32,967 nucleotides of DNA, from assembly GCA_017612495.1 (NCBI GenBank), contig JAGAFQ010000062.1, positions 1-32,967 of the forward strand. The letters run 5' to 3'. Positions 10,319 through 17,985 of this stretch are shown piece by piece (positions within the stretch are counted from its first letter, which is position 1; every line of letters begins with the position of its first letter). This DNA comes from Clostridia bacterium. Lineage in GTDB: Bacteria > Bacillota > Clostridia > Oscillospirales > CAG-272. The position numbers and the translations under genes are program-made. The notes below the pieces were generated by a model. It saw only the letters and a program-made list of their open reading frames with translations, did no database searches and had not been told where the DNA came from.

Positions 10319-11992
10319 TTACCCCTGTTTTTCTTCATTGAAAAGCGCATAATAAACGCATGAAACGGCTTTTTTGAGTTCGTTTCGGTCAGACGTACCG
10401 TTTTCGATGACAAAATCGGAATTCGCTCTGAAAAATTCATCGTCTTTTTGCGCCGCGATGCGCAAAAGCGCCGTTTCTTTATCGCAGTTATCTCTTGCGA
10501 CGATGCGCGAGAGCCTTGCCTCTTTGTCGGCGCAGACGCATACGATTTTGTCAAAATCGCTCTGCATACCCGATTCCCAGAGCAGAGGCACCTCGACAAG
10601 AGCGCAGTTTTTTTCTTGCGAATACATCCACAAAAGCGTTTCTTTTCTGACGGCTTTATGCGAAACGGTGTTAAGGAGGAGCAGTTTTTCTTTATCCGCA
10701 AAGACGGTCTTTGCGGTCTTTTTTCTGTCAAGAGAGCCGTCGGGCATGAGCAAATTTTCGCCGAGAGCGCGCGATATCTCTTTTGCGAGCGGTGAACTTT
10801 TGCCGATGAGCGAGTGATAAAGCTTATCGGTGTCAAGGGTGGGCACGCCGTATTCGGAAAAGATCTTTGCAGCCACACCTTTCCCCGAGCCGATGCCGCC
10901 CGTCAGCGCTATCCTCAAAAAATGCTCGGCAAAAACGATATCAAAGCCCGCCGCCTTTATCAGGCGGTTGAAAAGGGCAAGTCCCAAGCCGCTTTTCGGG
11001 GGAGTTTTTGCGTATATGAGCGAAACGTCGGTCTTGTCGCAGTCGCGCAGTCTTGCAAATAAAAGATGCGACTGCTCGGAAAAAGCGTCTCTTTTGCCGA
11101 GAGAAAAAACGTATTCGCCGCAAAAGAGTTCGTTTTCGATATCTTCGTCAAAGCACAGAACGCCGATCTTTTCGGCATTTTTGTTTTCTTTGAGTTTTTG
11201 CAAAATGAAGCGGTTTTTATCGAAATCCGTTTCTCCGTCGACGAGCACGACTTTGGCTCTCGGCGAATAGTGACGGTATTTCATGCCTGCACAGACGGGC
11301 TTTTGATCGTCGGAGAGCTTTTGTAAGATCGCGGGATTTATCATAAAATGCTCTTTTCCGCAAACGGCGATAAGCTCTTCGGGCGTTACGCCGCCCGGAC
11401 GCAAAAGCTCTGTTGCCCCGTCGTTTATGCGCACGATGGTCGATTCAAGACCTATTTTACATTCGCCGCCGTCGAGTATCATTTCGATCTTTCCGTTTAA
11501 GTCTTCACAGACGTGCATAGCCGACGTGGGGCTCGGTCTGCCCGACGTATTTGCGCTCGGTGCGGCTATCGCCACACCGCATTTTTCAATAAAGGCGCGC
11601 GCGTTTTCATCCTGCGGACATCTTATCGCCACGGTGTCAAGTCCCGCCGTGACTTCATCGGGTATGCAAGGCTTTTTCTTCATGATGACCGTAATGGGGC
11701 CCGGCATGAATTTTTTGCAGAGCGCAAGCGATTTTTCATCGGGCATGCAGTATTTTTCAATATCTTCGACTTTTGATATGTGAACGATGAGCGGATTGTC
11801 GGAGGGACGTCCCTTTGCGGCGTATATCTTTTTTGCGCCGTCCCCAGAAAGCGCCGACGCGCCGAGCCCGTAGACCGTCTCGGTGGGAAAAGCGACAAGA
11901 CCGCCCGATTTTATTATCTCTGCGGCCTCTGAAATATATTTTTCATATTCGGTTTTTGAAACGCCGATAAGCGAACAAAGTTTAGTTTCCAC
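10319..11992 (-). CDS. Single ORF joining L-threonylcarbamoyladenylate synthase (Sua5/TsaC/YwlC type) to dephospho-CoA kinase (CoaE)
   Basis: The N-terminal part has TETVYGLGA, KGRPSDNPLIVHI, APSANTSGRPSPT and the SUA5 domain motif GMKYRHYSP. The C-terminal part has the CoaE P-loop IALTGGIGSGKG and a CoaE-like remainder. I prefer the GTG start at 11992 (METKL...), 20 nt after the prfA stop. The junction lies at about 10915-10930. Confidence 0.75.
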   Translation of the reverse strand: METKLCSLIGVSKTEYEKYISEAAEIIKSGGLVAFPTETVYGLGASALSGDGAKKIYAAKGRPSDNPLIVHISKVEDIEKYCMPDEKSLALCKKFMPGPITVIMKKKPCIPDEVTAGLDTVAIRCPQDENARAFIEKCGVAIAAPSANTSGRPSPTSAMHVCEDLNGKIEMILDGGECKIGLESTIVRINDGATELLRPGGVTPEELIAVCGKEHFMINPAILQKLSDDQKPVCAGMKYRHYSPRAKVVLVDGETDFDKNRFILQKLKENKNAEKIGVLCFDEDIENELFCGEYVFSLGKRDAFSEQSHLLFARLRDCDKTDVSLIYAKTPPKSGLGLALFNRLIKAAGFDIVFAEHFLRIALTGGIGSGKGVAAKIFSEYGVPTLDTDKLYHSLIGKSSPLAKEISRALGENLLMPDGSLDRKKTAKTVFADKEKLLLLNTVSHKAVRKETLLWMYSQEKNCALVEVPLLWESGMQSDFDKIVCVCADKEARLSRIVARDNCDKETALLRIAAQKDDEFFRANSDFVIENGTSDRNELKKAVSCVYYALFNEEKQG

Positions 11993-12011
11993 AAAAAACG
12001 CCTCGTTTTTA

Positions 12012-13082
12012 TTACATTGCCGATGCTTTGAGTTTTTCTGCTTCGTCTGCCGACAAAAGCGCATCGATAAGTGCATCCATATTTCCGTTCAAAACGTCCT
12101 CAAGGGAGTGGAGGGTCAGCCCTATTCTGTGATCTGTCACCCTGCCTTGCGGATAGTTGTAGGTGCGTATCCTTTCGGATCTGTCGCCCGTGCCGACCTG
12201 ACTTTTGCGCTCTGACGCGATCTTGTCGGTCTGCTCGCGCATTTTTATATCATAGAGCTTTGAGCGAAGAAGCTTCATCGCCTTGTCGCGGTTCTTGTAT
12301 TGACTGCGCTCCTCCTGGCATTCAACTACGATGCCCGAGGGCTTATGGATGATGCGTATGGCGCTCTCGGTCTTGTTTATGTGCTGCCCTCCCGCGCCGC
12401 TGCTCTTGCAGGTCTCTATTTGAAGATCTTTTTCGTTTATCTCGATCTCGACGTCCTCCGCCTCCGGCAGGACCGCAACGGTCACGGTCGAGGTCTGTAT
12501 TCTGCCCTGCGCCTCGGTTTCGGGCACTCTTTGCACGCGGTGAACTCCGCTTTCGAATTTGAGCCTTGAATATGCGCCCTCGCCCTCAACGGTGAACGAG
12601 ATCTCTTTATATCCGCCGAGTTCGGTGTCGTTGCAGTTCACGATCTCTGTCTTATATCTTTTTTTGTCGGCATACATCTGATACATTCTGTAAAGCACGC
12701 CTGCGAAAAGCGCCGCCTCTTCGCCGCCTGCCCCTGCCCTTATTTCGACAACGACGTTCTTGTCGTCGTTTTCATCCTTGGGCAAAAGCAAAATGCGAAG
12801 TCTGTTATAGCTTTCTTCGCTCTGCTTGCGCTTTTCGTAATATTCTTCTTCCGCAAGAGCGCGCAAGTCGGCATCGCTTTCGTTATCGAGAATTTCCTTT
12901 GCCTCTTTCGCGTCGTCGTTTGCGCGGCAATATACGCGGAATTCCTCGACGATGGGTGTCAGCCTTTTATATTCCTTTGACAATGCGGCGAACTTTGCGG
13001 GATTTGACGCGACATTTGCGTCGGCAAGCAGTTTTTCTATTTCTGAATAGCGCTTATCTGCTGCATAAAGTTTATCGGTCAA
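12012..13082 (-). CDS. prfA: Peptide chain release factor 1
   Basis: The GGQ motif (SGAGGQHINKTESA), an RF1-type tripeptide region (RVPETEAQGRIQTS) and a length of 356 aa fit RF1. The TTG start follows GGAGGA. Confidence 0.9.
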   Translation of the reverse strand: MTDKLYAADKRYSEIEKLLADANVASNPAKFAALSKEYKRLTPIVEEFRVYCRANDDAKEAKEILDNESDADLRALAEEEYYEKRKQSEESYNRLRILLLPKDENDDKNVVVEIRAGAGGEEAALFAGVLYRMYQMYADKKRYKTEIVNCNDTELGGYKEISFTVEGEGAYSRLKFESGVHRVQRVPETEAQGRIQTSTVTVAVLPEAEDVEIEINEKDLQIETCKSSGAGGQHINKTESAIRIIHKPSGIVVECQEERSQYKNRDKAMKLLRSKLYDIKMREQTDKIASERKSQVGTGDRSERIRTYNYPQGRVTDHRIGLTLHSLEDVLNGNMDALIDALLSADEAEKLKASAM

Positions 13083-13083
13083 T

Positions 13084-13284
13084 TTATTTTTCCTCCGCGG
13101 GATGCGTTATTTTTTTGATCCTGCGCTCGAGCTTTACCCTTTCGAGCGTCAGATCTCTGCCGCAGGTTCGGCAAACGATCCTTATATCGCTGCCGACACG
13201 CAATACCGAAAACGTATCTCCGCCGCAGGGATGTTTCTTTTTCAAAGAGAGTATGTCACCTTCGTGAATTTGCGGTATCTCCAT
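13084..13284 (-). CDS. DUF951 family small protein
   Basis: The 66-aa ORF has KKKHPCGGDTFSVLRVGSDIRIVCRTCGRDL, typical of DUF951 with its paired Cys motif. Confidence 0.7.
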   Translation of the reverse strand: MEIPQIHEGDILSLKKKHPCGGDTFSVLRVGSDIRIVCRTCGRDLTLERVKLERRIKKITHPAEEK

Positions 13285-13344
13285 TTTGTGCGAACCTTTC
13301 TTTGACGGTTTTATGAATAGTCATAATATATTTATATTATAATA

Positions 13345-13373
13345 ATTGTATCACACGGCACCGTTTTTGTAAA
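13345..13373 (-). promoter_or_regulatory. Sigma-A type promoter for the DUF951-prfA-sua5/coaE operon
   Basis: The minus strand reads TTTACA, a 17-nt spacer, then TACAAT with an upstream TG. Confidence 0.45.
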
Positions 13374-13386
13374 GCGGTGCGCGGTG

Positions 13387-13415
13387 TTGACAAAGAGGCA
13401 AACGGAAATTATAAT
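13387..13415 (+). promoter_or_regulatory. Consensus sigma-A promoter for the cytidylate-kinase-like gene
   Basis: TTGACA (13387-13392), an exactly 17-nt spacer, and TATAAT (13410-13415). Confidence 0.65.
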
Positions 13416-13448
13416 AAATATATAAAACAAGAAAAAAGAGGAACGATT

Positions 13449-14081
13449 ATGCGCAGCATTATTACGATAAGCAGACAGTTCGGCAGTTGCGGCCACGATA
13501 TAGGCAAATTGGTCGCCGAAAAATTCGGCATCCCGTTTTACGGCAAAGAGATCATCACCCTTGCCGCAAAGGAGCGCGGATATGCCCCCGAGGTTTTTGA
13601 AAAGGCAGACGAGGTGGCGACAAACAGTTTTCTCTATGCGATCTCCACGGGCGCGTTCATGATGAACAATATATATTCCACAAGCCACGTAATGCCGCTC
13701 AACGATCAACTTTATATTGCGCAGTCAAATGTTATTAAAGACCTTGCGGCGCAGGGACCCTGCGTCATCATCGGCAGATGTGCCGATTCCATCCTGGGAA
13801 ATCTGCCCGAAACGGTGTCGGTCTTCATCTATGCCGATATGGATTACCGCATCAAAAACACGATGGAAAAAGACGGACTTTCGGAAAATGAAGCGCGCGA
13901 TACCATAATCAAAAACGATAAAAAGAGAGCAAACTATTATAACTATTATTCCGATAAAAAATGGAACGATATGGAAAGCCACGATCTGCTCATAAATTCC
14001 GCAAAGGTGGGCACAGAGGGAGCCGCCAAGATAATTTATGACTTCGTTTTGGAAAGAGAAAAATTCAAATTCGGCAAATAA
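13449..14081 (+). CDS. Cytidylate kinase-like family protein (AAA_18/CMK-like)
   Basis: IITISRQFGSCGHDIGKLVAEKFGIPFY is typical of the cytidylate kinase-like family. The ATG at 13449 follows AAGAGGAA; the ORF track starts earlier at 13377. Confidence 0.7.
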   Translation: MRSIITISRQFGSCGHDIGKLVAEKFGIPFYGKEIITLAAKERGYAPEVFEKADEVATNSFLYAISTGAFMMNNIYSTSHVMPLNDQLYIAQSNVIKDLAAQGPCVIIGRCADSILGNLPETVSVFIYADMDYRIKNTMEKDGLSENEARDTIIKNDKKRANYYNYYSDKKWNDMESHDLLINSAKVGTEGAAKIIYDFVLEREKFKFGK

Positions 14082-14169
14082 ATAAAGCACACCTTTTGCG
14101 GAGAGTTCTTAAGGACAGTTTTGTGAGAAAGGCGCCACATAATGTGGTGAGTAAGTGAGCACCCAAATG

Positions 14170-14205
14170 AAAACCGACTGATAAAATAAATCAGTCGGTT
14201 TTTTC
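14170..14205 (+). terminator. Intrinsic terminator after the cytidylate-kinase-like gene
   Basis: The stem ccgactga (14174-14181) pairs with tcagtcgg (14191-14198), followed by tttttt. Confidence 0.75.
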
Positions 14206-14227
14206 TGTTCAGTGGGTTTCTATGTTG

Positions 14228-14436
14228 AATGATGTTTGCCCTTCGGGCAAATGATGTAGGCTACCGCCATAATGATGCTTTGCGGTTTCACCGCAAAATG
14301 ATGTGATGTGTTCCGCCCATGCGCCGTCGAGGCGCACATCATTCGCGCGCTAAGCGAACATCATGTGCAAAGCACACATCATGTTCCACATAGGTGGAAC
14401 GCATCATTCGCCGAGTGTCCACAAGAACACTCGGCG
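14228..14436. repeat. Mirror array: 4x AATGATG, then 4x CATCAT(T/G), each unit separated by a short hairpin spacer
   Basis: Forward motifs lie at 14228, 14250, 14271 and 14297. Reverse-complement motifs lie at 14337, 14359, 14377 and 14402. Spacing is 18-26 bp. Spacers fold as small hairpins (tttgccc/gggcaaa, tttgcgg/ccgcaaa, ttcgc/gcgaa, tgtgc/gcaca, gttccac/gtggaac, cgccgagtgt/acactcggcg). The innermost pair extends to 9 bp (AATGATGTG / CACATCATT). Confidence 0.8.
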
Positions 14437-14454
14437 TTGGGTGTGCTTTTGCTT

Positions 14455-15372
14455 TTATATTCTGAACAGTTTTTCGCATTTGATAGAGGCCGTCTCTTTG
14501 CCGCAATAATCATCAAAAAGAGTTTTGCCGAGCGCCAAAAAGCCGTCGGCATCATAAACGCGGTAAAGCTCTCCTGCTGTAAATTCTCTTTCGGCATTCA
14601 AGCGCTCAAACGATACGGGCGAGCCGTTTTTGAAAAGTTCAAGCTCTCGGCCGCGGAGCGTCAGCGCCGCATAATTTTCAAAGACCTTATCGACGGGGAT
14701 CAAAAGCTTTTCTCTTTCTTCTTCGCTCATTTCTTCGATTTGAGAAAGCGTCTTTGCACATTCAAGCGAAAACGGGCCGCTCTTTTCGCGGCAAAGAGAA
14801 GACATCGCACCTCCGCAGCCGAGCATTTTGCCCATATCGGCACAAAGGGTGCGAATGTAGGTGCCCTTTGAGACCTCGGTGCAAAACTTATATTCTTCAT
14901 TTGTTATTTTTGAGATGTCAAGAGAATATATCTCGACCTCTCTTGCGGCTCTTTCAACGCTTTTTCCCTTTCTTGCAAGGTCGCACAGCTTTTGACCGTC
15001 TATTTTCAAGGCGCTGAACATGGGAGGCGTTTGCATTATTTTGCCGACGAACTTTTCAGCGCACCTTTTGACGTCTTCTTCGCCGACAGCAACATCGTGA
15101 CGGCTCAAAACTTTTCCGCTCGTATCCTGTGTGTCGGTGGTGATGCCGAAGCGCACGGTGCCCGAGTATCGCTTTTTATCCGAAACGATATATTCCGATG
15201 CCTTGACGGCTCTGCCGACAAGCACCGCCAAAACTCCGGTGGCATCCGGGTCAAGCGTGCCCGTATGGCCTATCTGTCTTGTGCCGTAAATGCGGCGCAG
15301 TTTTGCGACAACGTCAAAAGAGGTATAAGATCTTTCTTTATTAACGATAATAATTCCGCCGCTTTGTGTCAT
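14455..15372 (-). CDS. truB: tRNA pseudouridine(55) synthase
   Basis: The catalytic motif GHTGTLDPDATGVL, a length of 305 aa and a C-terminal PUA-like region fit TruB. Confidence 0.9.
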   Translation of the reverse strand: MTQSGGIIIVNKERSYTSFDVVAKLRRIYGTRQIGHTGTLDPDATGVLAVLVGRAVKASEYIVSDKKRYSGTVRFGITTDTQDTSGKVLSRHDVAVGEEDVKRCAEKFVGKIMQTPPMFSALKIDGQKLCDLARKGKSVERAAREVEIYSLDISKITNEEYKFCTEVSKGTYIRTLCADMGKMLGCGGAMSSLCREKSGPFSLECAKTLSQIEEMSEEEREKLLIPVDKVFENYAALTLRGRELELFKNGSPVSFERLNAEREFTAGELYRVYDADGFLALGKTLFDDYCGKETASIKCEKLFRI

Positions 15373-15503
15373 TTCTTCACCGCTTTTAAGAGTTTTTGGA
15401 TTTATATATCTATTCTATCATGTTTTTTGACAAAATCATAGATTTTTGTTTACAAATATGATAAAATAAATTTGATATCATACCATTCCCCCGGAGGAGC
15501 CTT

Positions 15504-15899
15504 ATGCCAAACTATCGCCGCGACAGAATAAACGAACAGATGGCGCACGAAATGTGTGAGATCTTGCGCGAGGTAAAAGATCCGCGCATTTCAAACAATT
15601 TTGTCACCGTCACCGCCGCAGAAGTGACTGCGGATCTTAAATTTGCGAAGATCTTTTTCTCTGTGCTCACAAAGGAAAACGCAGACGAAATAAACAAAGA
15701 GGTCAAAAAGGGACTTGAAAGCGCAAAGGGCTTTATTCGCCGCGAAGTCGCGCACAGACTCAATTTGAGAATTACGCCCGAACTTGCTTTTTATCCCGAT
15801 AACTCCATGCAGATCGGTGCGCACATTTCAAAGATGATAAGCGAGATAGAATTTTCGGGCGATGGAGACGGAAAAGAAGAGGAAAACCGAAATGACTGA
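15504..15899 (+). CDS. rbfA: Ribosome-binding factor A
   Basis: RRDRINEQMAHEMCEILR..VKDPRI and LRITPELAFYPD are typical RbfA sequences. The RBS is GGAGGAG. Confidence 0.9.
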   Translation: MPNYRRDRINEQMAHEMCEILREVKDPRISNNFVTVTAAEVTADLKFAKIFFSVLTKENADEINKEVKKGLESAKGFIRREVAHRLNLRITPELAFYPDNSMQIGAHISKMISEIEFSGDGDGKEEENRND

Positions 15900-16893
15900 T
15901 ATATCCGAAACTGCCGTAACAAAAGAAGCGGCGGTCGCTTTTTTGAAAGCAAACGACAACTACGTGATATACACCCACGCCCATCCCGATGCAGACACGG
16001 TGGGCTCTGCTTTGGCGCTTTGCAAGGCGCTTATCTCGTTAGGCAAGAGGGCATACGTCTGCTGCACCGAAAAAATGCCCTCGTTTTTGCGCTTTTTATA
16101 CGATGACGGCGAGATCGAACTAAACGAAGAAAGAGCGTTTTTGCAAGAGCCCATACCGATAAGCGTTGACGTTGCGACAATAGACCTTATCGGCAAGAGC
16201 AGCTATCTTACAGAGCATCCGATAGCGCTTGCGTTTGACCACCATGCAACTCACGTGCCCTTTGCAAAAAGGTATCTTGTCGATGCCGCTTCCGCCGCCT
16301 GCGGCGAGATAATTTTCGACATCGTTTCATCGCTTTTGGGCGGAAAGATGCCCGCCGACATCGCCGAAAAGCTCTATGCCGCGATAAGCGCCGACACGGG
16401 CTCGTTCAAATATTCCAACACCACGTCAAAGACTCTGCTCATTGCCGCAAAGCTCATTGAAACGGGCATCGACGCTTCGGCAATATCCACTCATCTTTTC
16501 GATGAAAAGAGTATTATCCAGCTTCGCGCCGAGGGTCTTGCATATTCAAGAATGAAGCTTTTTGCCGGCGGCAGAGGCGTTATCGTTTCGTTTGACCTTT
16601 CAGACTACAACGAATACGGCCTTTGCGAAGAAGAGCTCGGCACCATTTCATCCTGCATCAAGACCGCAAGCGGCACCGATATGGCAATAGCCGTAAGATA
16701 TCACGAAGACGGCGAATATAAGGTCTCGGTGCGCTCATCGGCAAACGTTGACGCAAGTGTGTTCTGCCGTATTTTCGGCGGCGGAGGACATTCGCGCGCG
16801 TCGGGCTGCACCGTTCGCAAAGACAGCGCAAAAGAAGTTGAGGAGCTTTTGATATGCGAAGCGGAAAAGCTCATCGGCGCTCAAAAACTTTAA
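15892..16893 (+). CDS. nrnA: DHH/DHHA1 phosphoesterase (NrnA-like oligoribonuclease / pAp phosphatase)
   Basis: The DHH motifs HAHPDADTVGS, FDHH and GGGGH are present. I prefer the ATG at 15892 because it follows GAGGAA and overlaps the rbfA stop; the ORF track starts at 15862. Confidence 0.75.
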   Translation: MTDISETAVTKEAAVAFLKANDNYVIYTHAHPDADTVGSALALCKALISLGKRAYVCCTEKMPSFLRFLYDDGEIELNEERAFLQEPIPISVDVATIDLIGKSSYLTEHPIALAFDHHATHVPFAKRYLVDAASAACGEIIFDIVSSLLGGKMPADIAEKLYAAISADTGSFKYSNTTSKTLLIAAKLIETGIDASAISTHLFDEKSIIQLRAEGLAYSRMKLFAGGRGVIVSFDLSDYNEYGLCEEELGTISSCIKTASGTDMAIAVRYHEDGEYKVSVRSSANVDASVFCRIFGGGGHSRASGCTVRKDSAKEVEELLICEAEKLIGAQKL

Positions 16894-16908
16894 TTTGCGC
16901 GAATAATA

Positions 16909-16936
16909 TTGACAAATATTGATTTTGTGTTAAAAT
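16909..16936 (+). promoter_or_regulatory. Sigma-A type promoter for the ferredoxin gene
   Basis: TTGACA (16909-16914), a 16-nt spacer and TAAAAT (16931-16936) with an upstream TGTG. Confidence 0.55.
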
Positions 16937-16985
16937 AACATTGAAATAACGGCTGATAACAGTCGAATAATCGGAGGTAATCACA

Positions 16986-17156
16986 ATGGCATACATCATT
17001 TCAGACGAATGCATTGCATGCGGCAGCTGCGAAAGCGAATGCCCCGTAGGCTGCATTTCCGAAAAGGACGGCAAATTCGTCATTGACGCAAGTCAGTGCA
17101 TCGATTGCGGAACTTGCGCAGGCGTTTGCCCCGTAGGCGCACCCAGTGCCGAATAA
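16986..17156 (+). CDS. fdx: Clostridial-type 2x[4Fe-4S] ferredoxin (56 aa; below the ORF-track length cutoff)
   Basis: My translation is MAYIISDECIACGSCESECPVGCISEKDGKFVIDASQCIDCGTCAGVCPVGAPSAE, which has two CxxCxxCxxxCP motifs. The RBS is GGAGG, 7 nt upstream. Confidence 0.85.
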   Translation: MAYIISDECIACGSCESECPVGCISEKDGKFVIDASQCIDCGTCAGVCPVGAPSAE

Positions 17157-17176
17157 GCATAATTAAAATGATAAAA

Positions 17177-17204
17177 AGCGGTTCGGTTTACGAATCGCTT
17201 TTTT
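17177..17204 (+). terminator. Intrinsic terminator after the ferredoxin gene
   Basis: The stem agcggttcg pairs with cgaatcgct (one G-T pair) around the loop gttta, followed by ttttt. Confidence 0.6.
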
Positions 17205-17220
17205 CATAACGGAGAAGACA

Positions 17221-17985
17221 ATGGCAGAAAAAATATCGACAAAGATAAATGAAAACATCACCCTTTTGCAAAGATCCGACGGACTCGTTTTCGGCACGGA
17301 CGCATATTTGCTTTCTTGCTTCGTTTCGGGCGTCCGCGGCGGATATGCCGCAGAGCTCGGCTCGGGCACGGGCGTCATATCGCTGCTTTTGGCGTCAAGA
17401 GGGCGATTTGAACACATAATCGGCGTTGACATCCAAGAGGAATTTTGCGCACTCGGCAACGAAAACGCGAAAGCCAACGCTCTTTCAGACAAAACGGAAT
17501 TTATCTGCCGTGACATAAAAACGCTCGGTCGGGGCGATTTGGGACGCGAATTTGACTGCGTTTTCTGCAATCCGCCCTATATCGAAAGCGGAAGCGGAAA
17601 GCAAAACGATTCCGCAAAAAAGGCGGTGGCAAGGCACGACACTTTCGGCGGCATCTTCGAGTTTGCCGCTTGCGCCGCGCGGCTGCTCAAATTCGGCAAG
17701 AAGTTCTATTGCGTTTACCGCCCCGAAAGGCTTTGCGACTTGATAGATGCCATGCGCCAAAACAACATCGAGCCCAAAGAGATAGTCTTTTTGCATCCCG
17801 ACAGCGATTCTGCCCCGTCTTTGGTGCTTGCTCTCGGCACTCTCGGCGGCAAAAAGGGCGTTATCGTTCGCAAACCGCTTGTGATATATAAAGATTTTGA
17901 GCATAAAGAATACACGGACGAAATGAAACAAATTTACGACAAGGGGGAGATAAGATATGACAGAACGGGAAAATTACTCTTTTGA
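17221..17985 (+). CDS. SAM-dependent methyltransferase, COG4123 / TrmN6 (YfiC, B. subtilis YabB)-like tRNA (adenine-N6) methyltransferase
   Basis: The SAM-binding motif AELGSGTGVISL, the NPPY motif (FCNPPYIESG) and the position upstream of rsmI, as in the B. subtilis yabB-yabC arrangement, support the call. Confidence 0.7.
   Translation: MAEKISTKINENITLLQRSDGLVFGTDAYLLSCFVSGVRGGYAAELGSGTGVISLLLASRGRFEHIIGVDIQEEFCALGNENAKANALSDKTEFICRDIKTLGRGDLGREFDCVFCNPPYIESGSGKQNDSAKKAVARHDTFGGIFEFAACAARLLKFGKKFYCVYRPERLCDLIDAMRQNNIEPKEIVFLHPDSDSAPSLVLALGTLGGKKGVIVRKPLVIYKDFEHKEYTDEMKQIYDKGEIRYDRTGKLLF

Noticed and set aside
10312-10878. 188-aa Arg/Ser/Cys-rich ORF on the minus strand in an alternative frame of the coaE region
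   Set aside because: It lies out of frame inside the CoaE-coding part, which has clear motifs. Its composition is typical of an off-frame translation.
14082-14170. Possible small ncRNA or dif-like site (ggcgccacataatgtggtg) downstream of the cytidylate-kinase-like gene
   Set aside because: There is only a 6-bp palindrome with loose resemblance to Xer sites. The location is origin-proximal, whereas dif is expected at the terminus. No recognisable ncRNA family motif (SRP, 6S, tmRNA, riboswitch) was seen.
14383-14424. Near-DnaA boxes (TGTTCCACA and GTGTCCACA, 7/9 each) inside the hairpin array, suggesting a second DnaA-box cluster
   Set aside because: There are only two sites, each part of a hairpin stem, and similar 7/9 matches occur inside coding regions (for example 10625 and 11988). 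The evidence is insufficient.
14228-14436. Possible CRISPR array (regularly spaced repeats with variable spacers)
   Set aside because: The repeat is only 7 nt and flips orientation halfway. The spacers are 11-19 nt and self-complementary. No cas genes or leader are present, so this is not CRISPR architecture.
14308-14871. 187-aa ORF on the + strand (His-rich start HHVQSTHHV...)
   Set aside because: It begins inside the CATCAT repeats and then runs antisense to the well-supported truB. It has no RBS and a low-complexity composition.
15862-15891. Earlier ATG start (15862) for the DHH phosphoesterase
   Set aside because: No RBS precedes it and it would overlap rbfA by 38 nt. The ATG at 15892 has GAGGAA at proper spacing and the common ATGA-type stop/start overlap.
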